64,000 nt of DNA, taken from the NCBI GenBank assembly GCA_963701735.1, contig CAVPBI010000022.1:72604-136603 (forward strand), written 5' to 3'. The notes under the pieces were generated by a model. It saw only the letters and a list, made by a program, of their open reading frames with translations. It was not told the origin of the DNA and searched no databases. A program made the position numbers and the translations under genes. The stretch is from an uncultured Ignavibacteria bacterium. Its GTDB lineage: Bacteria > Bacteroidota > Ignavibacteria > UBA10030 > UBA6906. Below are positions 30,939-41,053 of this stretch, in pieces (position 1 is the stretch's first letter; each line of letters starts with the position of its first letter).

Positions 30939-32344
30939 ATGATACTCCACCGAAAAGTTCGCACCCGCGGGCATGTGCACGCCCTCCGCATCTGCATCGG
31001 AGCCGCCTGCGGCATCGCCACCCTGATGGCGACAACCGTGAGGGCTCAGGATTCCCATTACTGGAATCTCTTCTACGGCACGTACCCGACCCTGCTGGGA
31101 GGCACGGTGATCGGAAGCCCCTCCGACCTCGCCGGCTCATACTACAATCCGGGCTTCAGGCCCGCCAACAATACAGGGGAATTGCTGCTTGCCGCACAGC
31201 TGTACCAGTACGAACGACTCAGTCTTGAGGGAAATGCAGGCACCAGGATCCCCCTTTCCGGATCCTCGGTCGCAGTCTCCCCCAGCCTGGTTGCCGGTAA
31301 CTTCCCCGGTATGGACACTGCCTCGACGGACAGGTTCACGTATTCCCTCCTGGCGCGCCAGCATGTGAATTTCGATATCGAAGGCAGGATCACTACGGGC
31401 GGGACCTCCAAGGGGACCGCGAATTCGTCGGAGCTGATCCTGAACCAGAATCTCTCGGAATACTGGGCCGGTTTCACCTGGACCCGCCAGATCAACCCGA
31501 CCTGGAGCGCAGGCATCACGCAACTATGTTGCGTACCGTTCCCAGACTCAGCGCCTCGCGCTTTCAATCCGGCAGTATGACGATACCACCTCCGCAACGT
31601 CCGCCCTGAGCTACACGAACCTCATCGACTATTACCATGTGCGGCTCCTCTGGAAACTCGGCGTAGGATACAGAGACGGAACGATTCTCGGCAGGGGCCA
31701 CCGTTACCACGCCCAGCCTCTCTCTGCTCGGTTCCGGCGAGTACTATCTCGATGAGGGCCTTGAAGGGTACCCACCCGAGCCAACGTTCTTCGCGGCCAG
31801 CAGCCAGAAGGAGCTCACCCCGACATACCGCTCGTCATGGGCGGTCGGCGCCGGGCTTGCATACACGTTTGATGACGTCAAGGTCTATTTCAGCGCCGAG
31901 TGGTACGCACCCGTTTCCCGGTATCACATTCTGGACACACAGGACTTCACGGCGGCCAGCACCGGCAATCCGGTGTCAACTGCGGTGGTGCAGGAGTTGC
32001 GCCCCGTCTTCAACTACGGCGGCGGCGTGGAGATCTTCCCCGGCCAGCCGTGGTCTTTCCTCGTGAGCTTCGTCACCGATCAGTCAGCGGTCGATCCCAA
32101 CGTGGAAAACACAACCTCCTTCTCCGCCTGGGATCTGTACCACATCGCTGGCGGGGGAATCGCCACGTTTGGCCGGTACCGGCTGACGCTGGGGGGATCC
32201 ATCACGGTCGGGAGCGGAAAGGCGCGGACATTGTCCGAGCTGGCCGGCCTGATAGGAGAAACCACAGGCCTCGTCAAGTCAACAGCGTTTGAGGGCAACT
32301 ATGTTCGGGGTCAGTTGATCGCGGCCCTGAGCGTCGCGCTGTAG
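30939..32344 (+). CDS. Putative secreted outer-membrane protein (FadL/OMPP1-like?), frame disrupted at about 31560 and 31970
   Basis: Signal peptide MILHRK…ACGIATLMATTVRAQD. The continuous open frame is spread over three listed ORFs: 30840-31580, an unlisted middle segment, and 31973-32344. Confidence 0.4.
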
Positions 32345-32473
32345 CGCCGACGTGATCCGATTCCTCTCCCGCACGTCGCCCGGTCCCACCAAATATGGCG
32401 ATGCCGGGGCTCGATGTCCGAGCCCCGGCATTTCTGTTTCCATCCGTCAGAGTGATCGGAGGTCTGCGGGAGC

Positions 32474-33358
32474 CTATGTCTCCAGAAACGGAATCGTCAC
32501 CACCACGGCATTCCCCGTCCCCTCATACAACAGGTCCATCGCAGCCCTGGTCAACGCAATCCCCCGCCCGTGATTGTCAAAGACCCTGGCCTCATCGAAG
32601 TCGAGGTACTTCGCGGAGTCAAACCCGGGGCCGCTATCCTCGATGCGAATCGTCAGCTTGTCCGGCTCCCTGACGACCTCAACCCTGACCGTCTTCCCGG
32701 CATTCTCGGGAAGCGTAAGCCTCCGGTCGACCTCCTTGTGCCAGATCCCGTCATTCAGAAGGTCCGTTTTCTCGTCGTACGTGATCCCCAGATTGCCGTG
32801 CTCGATGGCGTTGATCAAGATCTCGTGGATGCCCATGGCACGAGCCGGGTTAGGCGTCGCGTTCGCGATCCAGAGAGCGAGGCGCTCCGCCTCCTTGAGC
32901 GTCCGCAAGAGGAACACCCCGCTCTGCAACATGCCGAACGGGTTCTGGCACCCGGCAAGGTTCGCGAGCAGCGACTCCTTGTACGAAAAGTCCTCCACCG
33001 CAGCGCGGATAATCGCGTGGAGCACCTTGTCGTCCGCCGATTTCGCAAGGAAATAGAATGCGCCCGCGTCTATCCCCTCTCGAATGTGCGCGTCCGACGG
33101 CGAATCGGTCTGCATAATCACCGGCGTCTTCTTCAGCGTGGCGTGACCCTTCAGCCAGAGGAGCGTGGACAGGCCGCTTTCGCCCCGGTTCTGCCAGTCG
33201 AGCACGATGGCTGTAATCTGCTCGGGATGCCGCTCCACAAGATCCTCCGCCTCCTGCACCCGCCTGACCGGGAGGACAGTGTACCCCTCCGCCTTGATCC
33301 CGGCACTCATCCTGGTCCGGGTCTGATCATCCTCGCAGACAACAAGCACTGACGACAT
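32474..33358 (-). CDS. Response-regulator receiver domain fused to RsbW/SpoIIAB-like GHKL ATPase (serine-kinase-type HATPase_c); no HisKA domain
   Basis: REC: MSSVLVVCEDD…IVLDW…VIMQTD…FLAKS. GHKL: N-box HEILINAIEHGN, G1 IEDSGPGFD, G2 GRGIAL. Confidence 0.75.
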   Translation of the reverse strand: MSSVLVVCEDDQTRTRMSAGIKAEGYTVLPVRRVQEAEDLVERHPEQITAIVLDWQNRGESGLSTLLWLKGHATLKKTPVIMQTDSPSDAHIREGIDAGAFYFLAKSADDKVLHAIIRAAVEDFSYKESLLANLAGCQNPFGMLQSGVFLLRTLKEAERLALWIANATPNPARAMGIHEILINAIEHGNLGITYDEKTDLLNDGIWHKEVDRRLTLPENAGKTVRVEVVREPDKLTIRIEDSGPGFDSAKYLDFDEARVFDNHGRGIALTRAAMDLLYEGTGNAVVVTIPFLET

Positions 33359-33387
33359 ACAGGTGCACCCTTCGTAAATCGGAACGG

Positions 33388-34407
33388 TCAGCCGCCCGAG
33401 CCCAGCAGCTCGAGCTGCCAGCGATTCCGTGCTCCGGCCGGGAGGAACGGGTGCAGCGCAAGCATCCCCGTCTTCCCGATCGACCTTTCAAGAAAATCCA
33501 TCTCCGCCAGCTTCTCCCTGACTTCCGGGTCGGGTTCCGGAACGAAGCCGGCCTCCCGCATCAGCATGACAGCCTTCGCGCTGATGGAGAGCTCAACCTG
33601 CAGTCGCAGCAGGCACAGCATATCCGCGACGATTTCGTTCGGGAACCGCTCCTGCAACGTTTGCAGGTACTGGCCGACGTGGGTTTCGGTGAGCACGCCC
33701 GTCGTGATCATCTCCAGCAGATTCTGGTCCGTGTCGAACCCGACGCCAAGCCACTCCTGCGTGCTCTTCTCGCTGAACTTGAACACGATCGCCATCACTG
33801 CCGGCACGCCGACCACCGTGGCGAATGCGGACTGGACGGGCGATACAAAGAAATGATTGAAGACGCTGTGGATGATGATCGCGCCGATCAGCCCCGGAAG
33901 GATCGCGCCACCGAGGGTGCCGGATTTCCGCTCCAGCACCGACCGGCCGAGGACCGCCACCATCGCCGTGACGCCCCCGTGCATGAGCGCCGTGCCGAGG
34001 CCGCGCACAAGCCACAGCAGCGGGTTGGTCTCGGTCACCGCGAACAGGTAGGTGATGTTCTCCACCAGCGCAAAGCCGGTACCGACAGCAAAACCGTAGA
34101 CGGCAGCATCAACGAGGAACCCGATCCTCTTCTTCCAGAGAAGCCAGATGGGCAACGCCGCCTTGAGACACTCTTCGAGGACGGGAGCGATGTATCTGGA
34201 GTACGACTCCGGCGACACTCCCACGCCGCCCGTCACGGTCCTCGCCATCACAAACGCGATCAGCGCCGCAGCAACGCCAGCCCCCACCGCCACGAGCACG
34301 GATCGAAACGTCACGAGCTTGTAGCTGTCGAGATAGACCAAGCCTCCCAGGAAGAGGACGACCGGGAGAAGGCTGACCAGCGCCGCGCCGATGGGGCTTT
34401 GCATCAC
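33388..34407 (-). CDS. PrsW-family intramembrane metalloprotease (anti-sigma-factor site-1 protease type)
   Basis: PrsW motifs EExxK (PVLEECLK), FxxxEN (GFALVENITY), MHGG and HxxxN (HSVFNHF). Polytopic. Confidence 0.7.
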   Translation of the reverse strand: MMQSPIGAALVSLLPVVLFLGGLVYLDSYKLVTFRSVLVAVGAGVAAALIAFVMARTVTGGVGVSPESYSRYIAPVLEECLKAALPIWLLWKKRIGFLVDAAVYGFAVGTGFALVENITYLFAVTETNPLLWLVRGLGTALMHGGVTAMVAVLGRSVLERKSGTLGGAILPGLIGAIIIHSVFNHFFVSPVQSAFATVVGVPAVMAIVFKFSEKSTQEWLGVGFDTDQNLLEMITTGVLTETHVGQYLQTLQERFPNEIVADMLCLLRLQVELSISAKAVMLMREAGFVPEPDPEVREKLAEMDFLERSIGKTGMLALHPFLPAGARNRWQLELLGSGG

Positions 34408-37365
34408 AGGATCTTGAGCGATGCCATGAATTCTCCCGTCCCCCGCCGGTCAGGCCCGCCTGCCACGGCGTACCCGATGGAAAGGACCGAGCTCAGGTTC
34501 GAAAACAGCACAAGCTTGACGTCGGCCTGCACGCCCACGTTTGCGCTCACCGTCCGCAGATCATCGTCCTGCAGATTCGTGACGAGGCCGGTCCCGAAGA
34601 ACGCCAGCCGCGCCCATGTAACGTACATGCCGGGGAAACCTGCCCGCCGGAACCGGAGCGGAGGAGGATTCCATTCGACCATCGCCTTCGTGAACGTCTT
34701 GCCGGGGATCTCATCGATCTCCACACCCGGAAACCTGAGCGCGCTCCCTGTACCGGCGCTCCGAGCCGTGGTCAACCCAGTTGTTGCCGAAGCCTCCGAA
34801 GAAGAAGTTCGCGAACGGATCCGCCGAGCTCCCCGCCGCATAGCCCGCGGCGGTCCTGAGCCACACAGAGGAATGCTGGAACAGCGCCGGAACACCGATG
34901 TCGAATGTCCCGGACACGAGCGGGTTGAACCGCTTCTCCGAAAGGTACGCGTATCCGACAAGAGACGCCAGGACTCCCTTCTCCGCATCCACCGCCCCCA
35001 GCGAGCGGACCACGCGCGAGTACTTCAGGCGGCCGAAGAACGTGAGAAATTCGCTCACCGCCGTGCCGATGTTCTGGAAGGCCGGGAGACGCTCGAGGTC
35101 CGAGTATCCGCTCACCCTCAACGTATACTCAAGGTTCGACGGACGATCGTTGATGAGCACATCCGTGTACCCCACGCTCAGCTGGTAGCCGCGCCTGCTC
35201 GATTTGTACGGTCCGAACAGGTCGTAGAAATCTGACACGTTGTAGGTCGCGCTCACGTCCCACTGCCAGTACCGGTATCTGAGGATCCCGTGAAACTGCT
35301 CCTTCAGATCGAAGCTGGGGTTCGGCGTGTACGCGAGTGAGAAGTCGATATTGTGGAGGAGCAGCGGATCGAAGAAATCCATCCGGACGCCGCCGCCAAT
35401 CGATTCCTTGTAACCGTGGATAATGGGATACATCGATCGCAAACCGATGGCGCCCAGACCTTCATAGTCTCCCGTGGCAACGATCAGCGAGTCAATGTTG
35501 ATGCGCGCCGCGGACGGTGGCGGGAGCTTCCACGACTGCACTTCCGGATACTTCTCGGCGATCTGTTGCCCCAGGTAGGTCACGGCGCTGACATTCTCGG
35601 TGGTCGTAACCGGCACCTGCACGGGGATGAAGCCTTCGGTCGTGAACTCGAAGGCGACGAGCGAATCGTCCGACATCGGCACCGGCCGGAACAGACCGCG
35701 TTCCGTATTGGTGATCCACTCCATCACGCGCCGCCCGGTATCGTACCGGACGATGTTGGAAACGCCGGTGTAGTAGGTCGAGCCGTACAGGTATCGCCCA
35801 TCGGGAGACCACACGAAATTGAGGGGCGCCGTGTGCTCGAAGTCGTGCAGCACATCGTAGTCGGCCCCTCCGGTCAGCAGCGTGTCCACCCAGATCCGCA
35901 CAAGGCGCTGCCTGCCGCTGATCTCCATCATCCCCGCGGCGATCGACTTGCCGTCGGGCGAGATATCCAGGTCGTACAGATCCACGCCGTAGTTCAACGG
36001 AAGGATCTCCTGCCAGCGGGCATACGGATACGGAATCCTGACCAGCCTGGAAACTCCGTCGTGATGCTGGACCCCCCAGAGCGCGCTGTCCGCCCGGCAG
36101 AACGTCAGGTCCCCGATCCGGCAGTTCTTCAGGAGCAGGCGGGATGCGCCTGTCCGGATGTCGAGGGCGTTCAGATCCCTCCATCCCTTGCTGTTCTTCG
36201 TCGTGTAAAAGAAGGTGCCGGAAGAGGGGTCGAACGCCGTGGAGGCCACGGTATACAGCGACGGCGTGGGCAGGTCGCTCACCCGCTCGACCGTTCCGTC
36301 CGAGAGATGGATGGAGCTGATGCTTGCGAGCACGCCCGGCGCGTTCATGCCCAGATACAGCGAGCGCGTAGCCGGGTCGAAGTGGGCGCGCGAGACGGCG
36401 CCGACCGGCTTCGCCGTGATCGGACGGAGGGGCGTGACGGGATACTGCCGGACTGCCGCAAGATTCGCCTCCTGGAACGTACGCTCGGCCGCGATCCATT
36501 CGGACCACACATCATCGATGTCCCTGCCATAGACCTCTTCGAACTGTCCGGCGAACGACGCGTCGGACTCCGGACCGCGCTTGAACCAGTCGATGATCGT
36601 CTGCGGCCCGTAGTGGTCCGCAAGGTAGCTGACGAATCGCGTTCCGTAGAGATACGAGTTCGCCCCGATCTGAAAATCGACGGTGGTCCCTTCCGACTCC
36701 AGACCGACGTAATCATAGAAGTACGAGCTGTCCCGGACCATCGTCCGGAACACCATCTCGTCCCATCCGTTCTGCGCGCGGCCGATCCCGCCCGACATCC
36801 ACGTCTCCATGAACACGGCGACGCCTTCGTGGTACCATCGCGGGGAGTATTTCCTCGGGTTGGTCAGATAGGTATAGGCGATCGAGACGGGCTCATCATC
36901 CGTGGGCGACACCTTGCCGAGGAACGCGCTGCGCCAGAAGCTGTCCGATCCGCCCGGCTTGTCACTGCGCGACGATATGCACGAGCTCGTGGCCGATCAC
37001 CCAGTTGATGCGCTCGTTGGTCGGCGAGGTCTCATACGTGTATTCGTACGGTGAGATCCCGAGGATCATGTAGTTGATCGGAACGCTTGTCGCGCCCGCG
37101 TAGCCGTAGTCGTCGTAGTCCTGCAGGTACACGACAACGGGTTCGGTAGGAGTGTACTCGAAGAGCGTGTGGTGGAACGAGAGTGCGTTCTGGAAACTGC
37201 GCATGAGATGGGGGATGATGAAACGGTGCTCATCAGCGTAGTACACCAGGCGCATCGATCCCGTTCGGACCGTATAGAAGTCGGCCGCGCGAACGGCCGT
37301 CGGGACCGCAGGGGCCACCAGCATGAGGCACCACAGCACCCAGAGGGCCCGGCGCCTATGCGACA
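34404..37365 (-). CDS. Large secreted multidomain protein: N-terminal HExxH zinc-metallopeptidase, PD40/TolB-like beta-propeller repeats, C-terminal Omp85/surface-antigen-like beta-barrel; frame disrupted at about 36940, 34900 and 34720
   Basis: HELVHIVAQ is in ORF 36962-37444. Repeats …ISPDGKSIAAG… and …WSPDGRYLYGS… are in ORF 34711-36912. A C-terminal barrel-like segment ends in …MASLKIL (ORF 34404-34988). A possible GTG start encodes VSHRRRALWVLWCLMLVAPAVPTAVRA. Confidence 0.6.
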
Positions 37366-37479
37366 CAACGGGAGTCGTGGTCACAGGTTTGGATATGGGG
37401 TCATGGAGGTGGAAACAGCACGAGGAGTGGCGCTGGCGCGCCACTCCCCGAGGGAAACCTACAGGATTGTCACACAGGA

Positions 37480-38822
37480 TCAGTCGTTGCCGCGGGCCGA
37501 GCGCTCGGCGTCGGGTGCGGTGCGGGCCTCGAACTCAGCATTCTTGCCTTCGACGGCGCTGCGCATCTCAACCGGCACCTTCGCCCCGAGGAACGCACGC
37601 TCTGCCACGGGAAGCGAGCCGAGCACTTCCGCCTTCTGGCTCACCGGCATACGATCGAACGACTTCAGCCGCTCTTCAACCGACATGCTGGCAGCGAGAA
37701 CCGCGCGCCCTTCGGCGGGAAGCCGGTCCAGCACAGCAAGCCTCTCGGCTCTGCGGCAGCCTGTCGAGAGCGCTGATCTTCGCTTCGGCCGGCATCCGAT
37801 CCCACATGCTGACCTTGGCTTCGGTGGGCATCCTGTCGAGCGCCTTGGCACGCTCGGTGTTGACCATCTTCTCGGCTACGAGCGCCTTGGCTTCGGTCGA
37901 CATGTTGTCGAGCGCCGAGGCGCGCTCTGCAACGCTGCTGGTCGCCGCCAGCTGGGCTTTGGCTTCCGCCGGGGCATAATTCTGAAGCGCAGCCGCCTTG
38001 TCGTTCATCGCAAGACGATCAAGATACGCCGCCTTCTCCGTCGCCGGCAGGCTGGCAAAGGCCTTGACCCGGTCCGCCATCGCCAGACGGTCGACCAGGC
38101 TCGCCTTCTCGTTGACCGGCATTGCGGCCAGGGCCCTGGTCCGATCGGTCATCGCCAGGCGGTCCCACATCGCAACGCGCTCAGTGGCCGACGTTGAGGC
38201 ATACAGGGCAGCACGCTGCGTGCTTCCCATCCGGTCCATCAACGCCGTCCGCTCTTCCACGCTCATACGGTCGGCCAGGGCGGCCTTGTCGCTGGCGCTC
38301 AGCTGCGCGAACCGCTGCGCGGCCGCATCGGTGGCATCGGCGCCGGCGATCTGGACGTCGTTCTCGGTGATCTGCCCGGAACGGTATTTCTTCACGCTGC
38401 CGATCGTTCCGGCCGCCTCGTTTTCAAACGGGGACGGATAGAAGAATGTGAAGTAGGCGAGCGTGGCGATCCCGAGTGCGATCCCCGCCAAGGGCGATCC
38501 GGTTCCGCTTGGCGTTGCTACGGTTGCTCATAACAGCCTCCACTGGAGATGGTGTGTGTGCAAGAGAATTCAAAATCTGTTGGAGCATGGTCCGTCGGCG
38601 CGGCACCGGCATCCGTTCGACTGCCCGCATCACCGACGGCTTCAGTGTCGGAGGCGCGGCAGCCGGCTGGCTCAGGGCGCCCGCGATCGCCTTCATGTCA
38701 TTGTACAGTCTCGCAACCTCGGCATCCTCCCGCACCAGCACCTGTACCCTGGCACTCTCCGCGGGACTGTTGATGCCGTCAACCTCCGACTGCACAAGGT
38801 CTCGTATCGTCTGATCAATCAT
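37480..38822 (-). CDS. Anti-sigma factor (membrane-spanning) with periplasmic 12-aa tandem-repeat domain; frame disrupted at about 38460 and 37860
   Basis: The start overlaps the ECF sigma gene stop. N-terminal cytoplasmic part MIDQTIRDLVQSEVDG…. Transmembrane helix IALGIATLAYFTFFY. Then more than 20 repeats of [LM]DR[LM]xxxE[KR]Axx. Confidence 0.55.
37560..38290 (-). repeat. Intragenic approximately 36-bp tandem repeats (coding 12-aa units) within the anti-sigma gene
   Basis: DNA units such as ggcttcggtgggcatcctgtcgagcgccttggcacgctc and ggcttcggtcgacatgttgtcgagcgccgaggcgcgctc recur. The protein shows …ALADRMSVEERTALMDRMGSTQRAALY…LDRLAMNDKAAAL…LDRMPTEAKVSMWDRMPAEAKISALDRLP. Confidence 0.7.
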
Positions 38823-39351
38823 GGCCCGATAATCCTTCCCGACTCATTATCTCTCGCAACATCGCCCGCGCGCTGAACAACCGCGACTTCACCGTCTTTG
38901 CCGGAATCCCGAGGATCGCTCCGATCTCCTCGTACGGCAACTCCTGCACATACTTCAGGACAAGGATCGAGCGATGATGGACGTCCAGCTTCGAGAGGCA
39001 CTTCTGGACGAGCTCCGGAAGGTCCGGGCTTTCCGCGTGCCCGTCTGCCGACTCGAGCCCTTCATCCAGCGCCTGCATCCGTGACCGTCGCTCAATCGCA
39101 TTGACTGACTCATTGTGCGCTATGCGGTAGATCCAGCTGAAGAACTTGTACCTGGGATCGAACGTGCTGAGCTTTTCGTACGCCTTGAGAAACGCCGCCT
39201 GCGCAACATCCTCAGCCTCTTCCTTCACTCCGAGCATCCGCCAGGCGATCGTGAACACCTGTGCCTGGTATCGCTCCACCAGCAGCCCGAAGGCATCCCG
39301 ATCGCCCTCAAGGGTCCGCTGGACCAGCCCGTTGTCGTCCAGGTGTATCAT
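38815..39351 (-). CDS. RNA polymerase ECF-type sigma-70 factor
   Basis: Region 2 …FGLLVERYQAQVFTIAWRMLG…. Region 4 …LVLKYVQELPYEEIGAILGIPAKTVKSRL. Confidence 0.85.
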   Translation of the reverse strand: MIHLDDNGLVQRTLEGDRDAFGLLVERYQAQVFTIAWRMLGVKEEAEDVAQAAFLKAYEKLSTFDPRYKFFSWIYRIAHNESVNAIERRSRMQALDEGLESADGHAESPDLPELVQKCLSKLDVHHRSILVLKYVQELPYEEIGAILGIPAKTVKSRLFSARAMLREIMSREGLSGHD

Positions 39352-39381
39352 AAGTACAGGCGTGACCCGGAAAAGTTGGTC

Positions 39382-39672
39382 CTATTCTTCCTCAATCCTG
39401 AAAATCGTGTCGAATCTGGCGATCCTGAAGACGTCGCGGATGAGCTTGTTCATGTGGGTCAGAACCAGCTCGTTTCCACCTGATTTCAAGCGTTTCTGAG
39501 TCTTCAGGAGGATCCCCAGGCCCAGGCTGGAGATGTAGTCCAGGTTCTTCATGTCAACCCGGCTGGTCGTCGTGACACGGTCGAGGACGGCATCCGCTTC
39601 GGCCACGCGGGACGCGTCGAATCTGCCCGTGAGGACGATCTCCCCATCTTCCCTCTGGGTAATCGTGAACAT
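39382..39672 (-). CDS. STAS-domain anti-sigma-factor antagonist (SpoIIAA/RsbV-like)
   Basis: 96 aa. …VDMKNLDYISSLGLGILL… carries a candidate phospho-serine in the DYISS motif. Confidence 0.75.
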   Translation of the reverse strand: MFTITQREDGEIVLTGRFDASRVAEADAVLDRVTTTSRVDMKNLDYISSLGLGILLKTQKRLKSGGNELVLTHMNKLIRDVFRIARFDTIFRIEEE

Positions 39673-39673
39673 G

Positions 39674-40120
39674 CTACTGCCTCAGACGTTTGACAAGCGT
39701 GATGGTGCTGCGGCGGTCTTCATAGGCGTACCGAACGTCGTCCAGCATGTGCCGCGACAGGTGAATGCCCAGGCCGCCCGGCGTTCGCTCCTCCAGCGAC
39801 AGCGACACGTCCACCGGACCGGTGGCGGTGACGTCGAAGGAATTCACGTCACGCGCGACGAGGTACACGACGAGCGCTTCCCCTTCCAGCCGGACCCCGA
39901 CGGTGACGTCGCGATCGCTCTCCGGATTGTACTTCACGAAATTCGTGAAGAACTCTTCCACCGCGAGCGTGAGAGCGTACGAGGTGGCCGGGTCGGGAGC
40001 GTGCCGGGCAAACTCCCCGTCGAGGAACGCAAACACCTCGTCGAGGGCTGCGACGGACTTCCTGAAGTCTTTCTCCATGATGGGATCTCGGCACCAGCCT
40101 GCGCGTGCCCGGTCGCTCAA
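39674..40120 (-). CDS. Anti-sigma regulatory factor, serine-protein kinase (RsbW/SpoIIAB-like HATPase_c)
   Basis: 148 aa. …ALTLAVEEFFTNFVKYN… (N-box-like) and …ERTPGGLGIHL… (G2). Lies 2 bp downstream of the STAS gene and its start overlaps the SIMPL gene stop by 4 bp. Confidence 0.7.
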   Translation of the reverse strand: MSDRARAGWCRDPIMEKDFRKSVAALDEVFAFLDGEFARHAPDPATSYALTLAVEEFFTNFVKYNPESDRDVTVGVRLEGEALVVYLVARDVNSFDVTATGPVDVSLSLEERTPGGLGIHLSRHMLDDVRYAYEDRRSTITLVKRLRQ

Positions 40121-40836
40121 TCGACGAGATAAAACTCGATGCTCGTGACGACGCGGATGAGCTTCACGTCGGGTGAATTCGCATCCCGGTTGCTGATCGA
40201 AAAGTACCCCTGCGTCGCGGAGCGGATCTTCCCGACCTCGCTCCCCGAGTCCGTCGCGAATTTCTCCGCCGCCGCCCGTGCGTCCTTCGTCGCCGATTCT
40301 ATCATCTCAGGCTTGATCACATTGAGCGCGGTATAGATGAACTCCGTCGGCGTCTGCCAGTTGTCAGCGGTCAACGCGACGCCCTTCCCCACCAGCGCGC
40401 CCGACTTCTCCATCGTTTGCTTTACACGATCCACATTGTCGGAGCGCGTCGTCACCGTCACGTCCGCGACATACCGGTACCGGGTCACAACGTTGGAGCC
40501 GAACGCCTGCGTGTCGTTGATGCGCGGGACCGAGTAGGAAATCGATTCTTGCTGGAAGCCCGCGTCGCGGAGGAACGAGGTCACCGCCGCCCGTCCCGCA
40601 TCGATGTCACGCTGCAGTGCGCCGAGATCGTTCCCGGTCACCCTGAACGTGATCGGCCAGATGGCAAGGTCGGCCTTGACTTCCCGCTCGGCCAGCCCTT
40701 TGACCGTCACGAACCGGTCGGACGCCCGGCCTTTGTAGATGCCGAGTCCGATCGCAATACCAGCACAGACAATGCACAGCCCTAGAATGACGTGAGGGGT
40801 AAGACCTTTTGTTTCCACAGCTTCCTCCGGACGCAT
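40117..40836 (-). CDS. SIMPL-domain protein (DUF541)
   Basis: 239 aa with an N-terminal transmembrane/signal segment. …ADLAIWPITFRVTGNDLGALQRDIDAGRAAVTSFL… is typical of the SIMPL family. Confidence 0.65.
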   Translation of the reverse strand: MRPEEAVETKGLTPHVILGLCIVCAGIAIGLGIYKGRASDRFVTVKGLAEREVKADLAIWPITFRVTGNDLGALQRDIDAGRAAVTSFLRDAGFQQESISYSVPRINDTQAFGSNVVTRYRYVADVTVTTRSDNVDRVKQTMEKSGALVGKGVALTADNWQTPTEFIYTALNVIKPEMIESATKDARAAAEKFATDSGSEVGKIRSATQGYFSISNRDANSPDVKLIRVVTSIEFYLVD

Positions 40837-41053
40837 GAACTCCCGGACCCGGAAGAGACTCTCAAGGGGGGTCCGGGCGGGTGATGGCCATGATACGAAT
40901 TTTCCGCTGAAAGTCTAGGCTGGTGCGGGACCGCGACGGCTGACGGCCAGTACGGACCGTCGCGGCGTGCCTCGCGGTGTAGCACATTCCGAACGTATTG
41001 ACTATCTTCCTGCATTCCAAACCCTCCCGAACCGCGAAAACTCCCTGACCGCC

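Noticed and set aside
37560-38290. Regular approximately 36-bp repeats that could be mistaken for a CRISPR array
   Set aside because: The repeats are imperfect, contiguous without unique spacers, and maintain a continuous reading frame encoding a 12-aa protein repeat.
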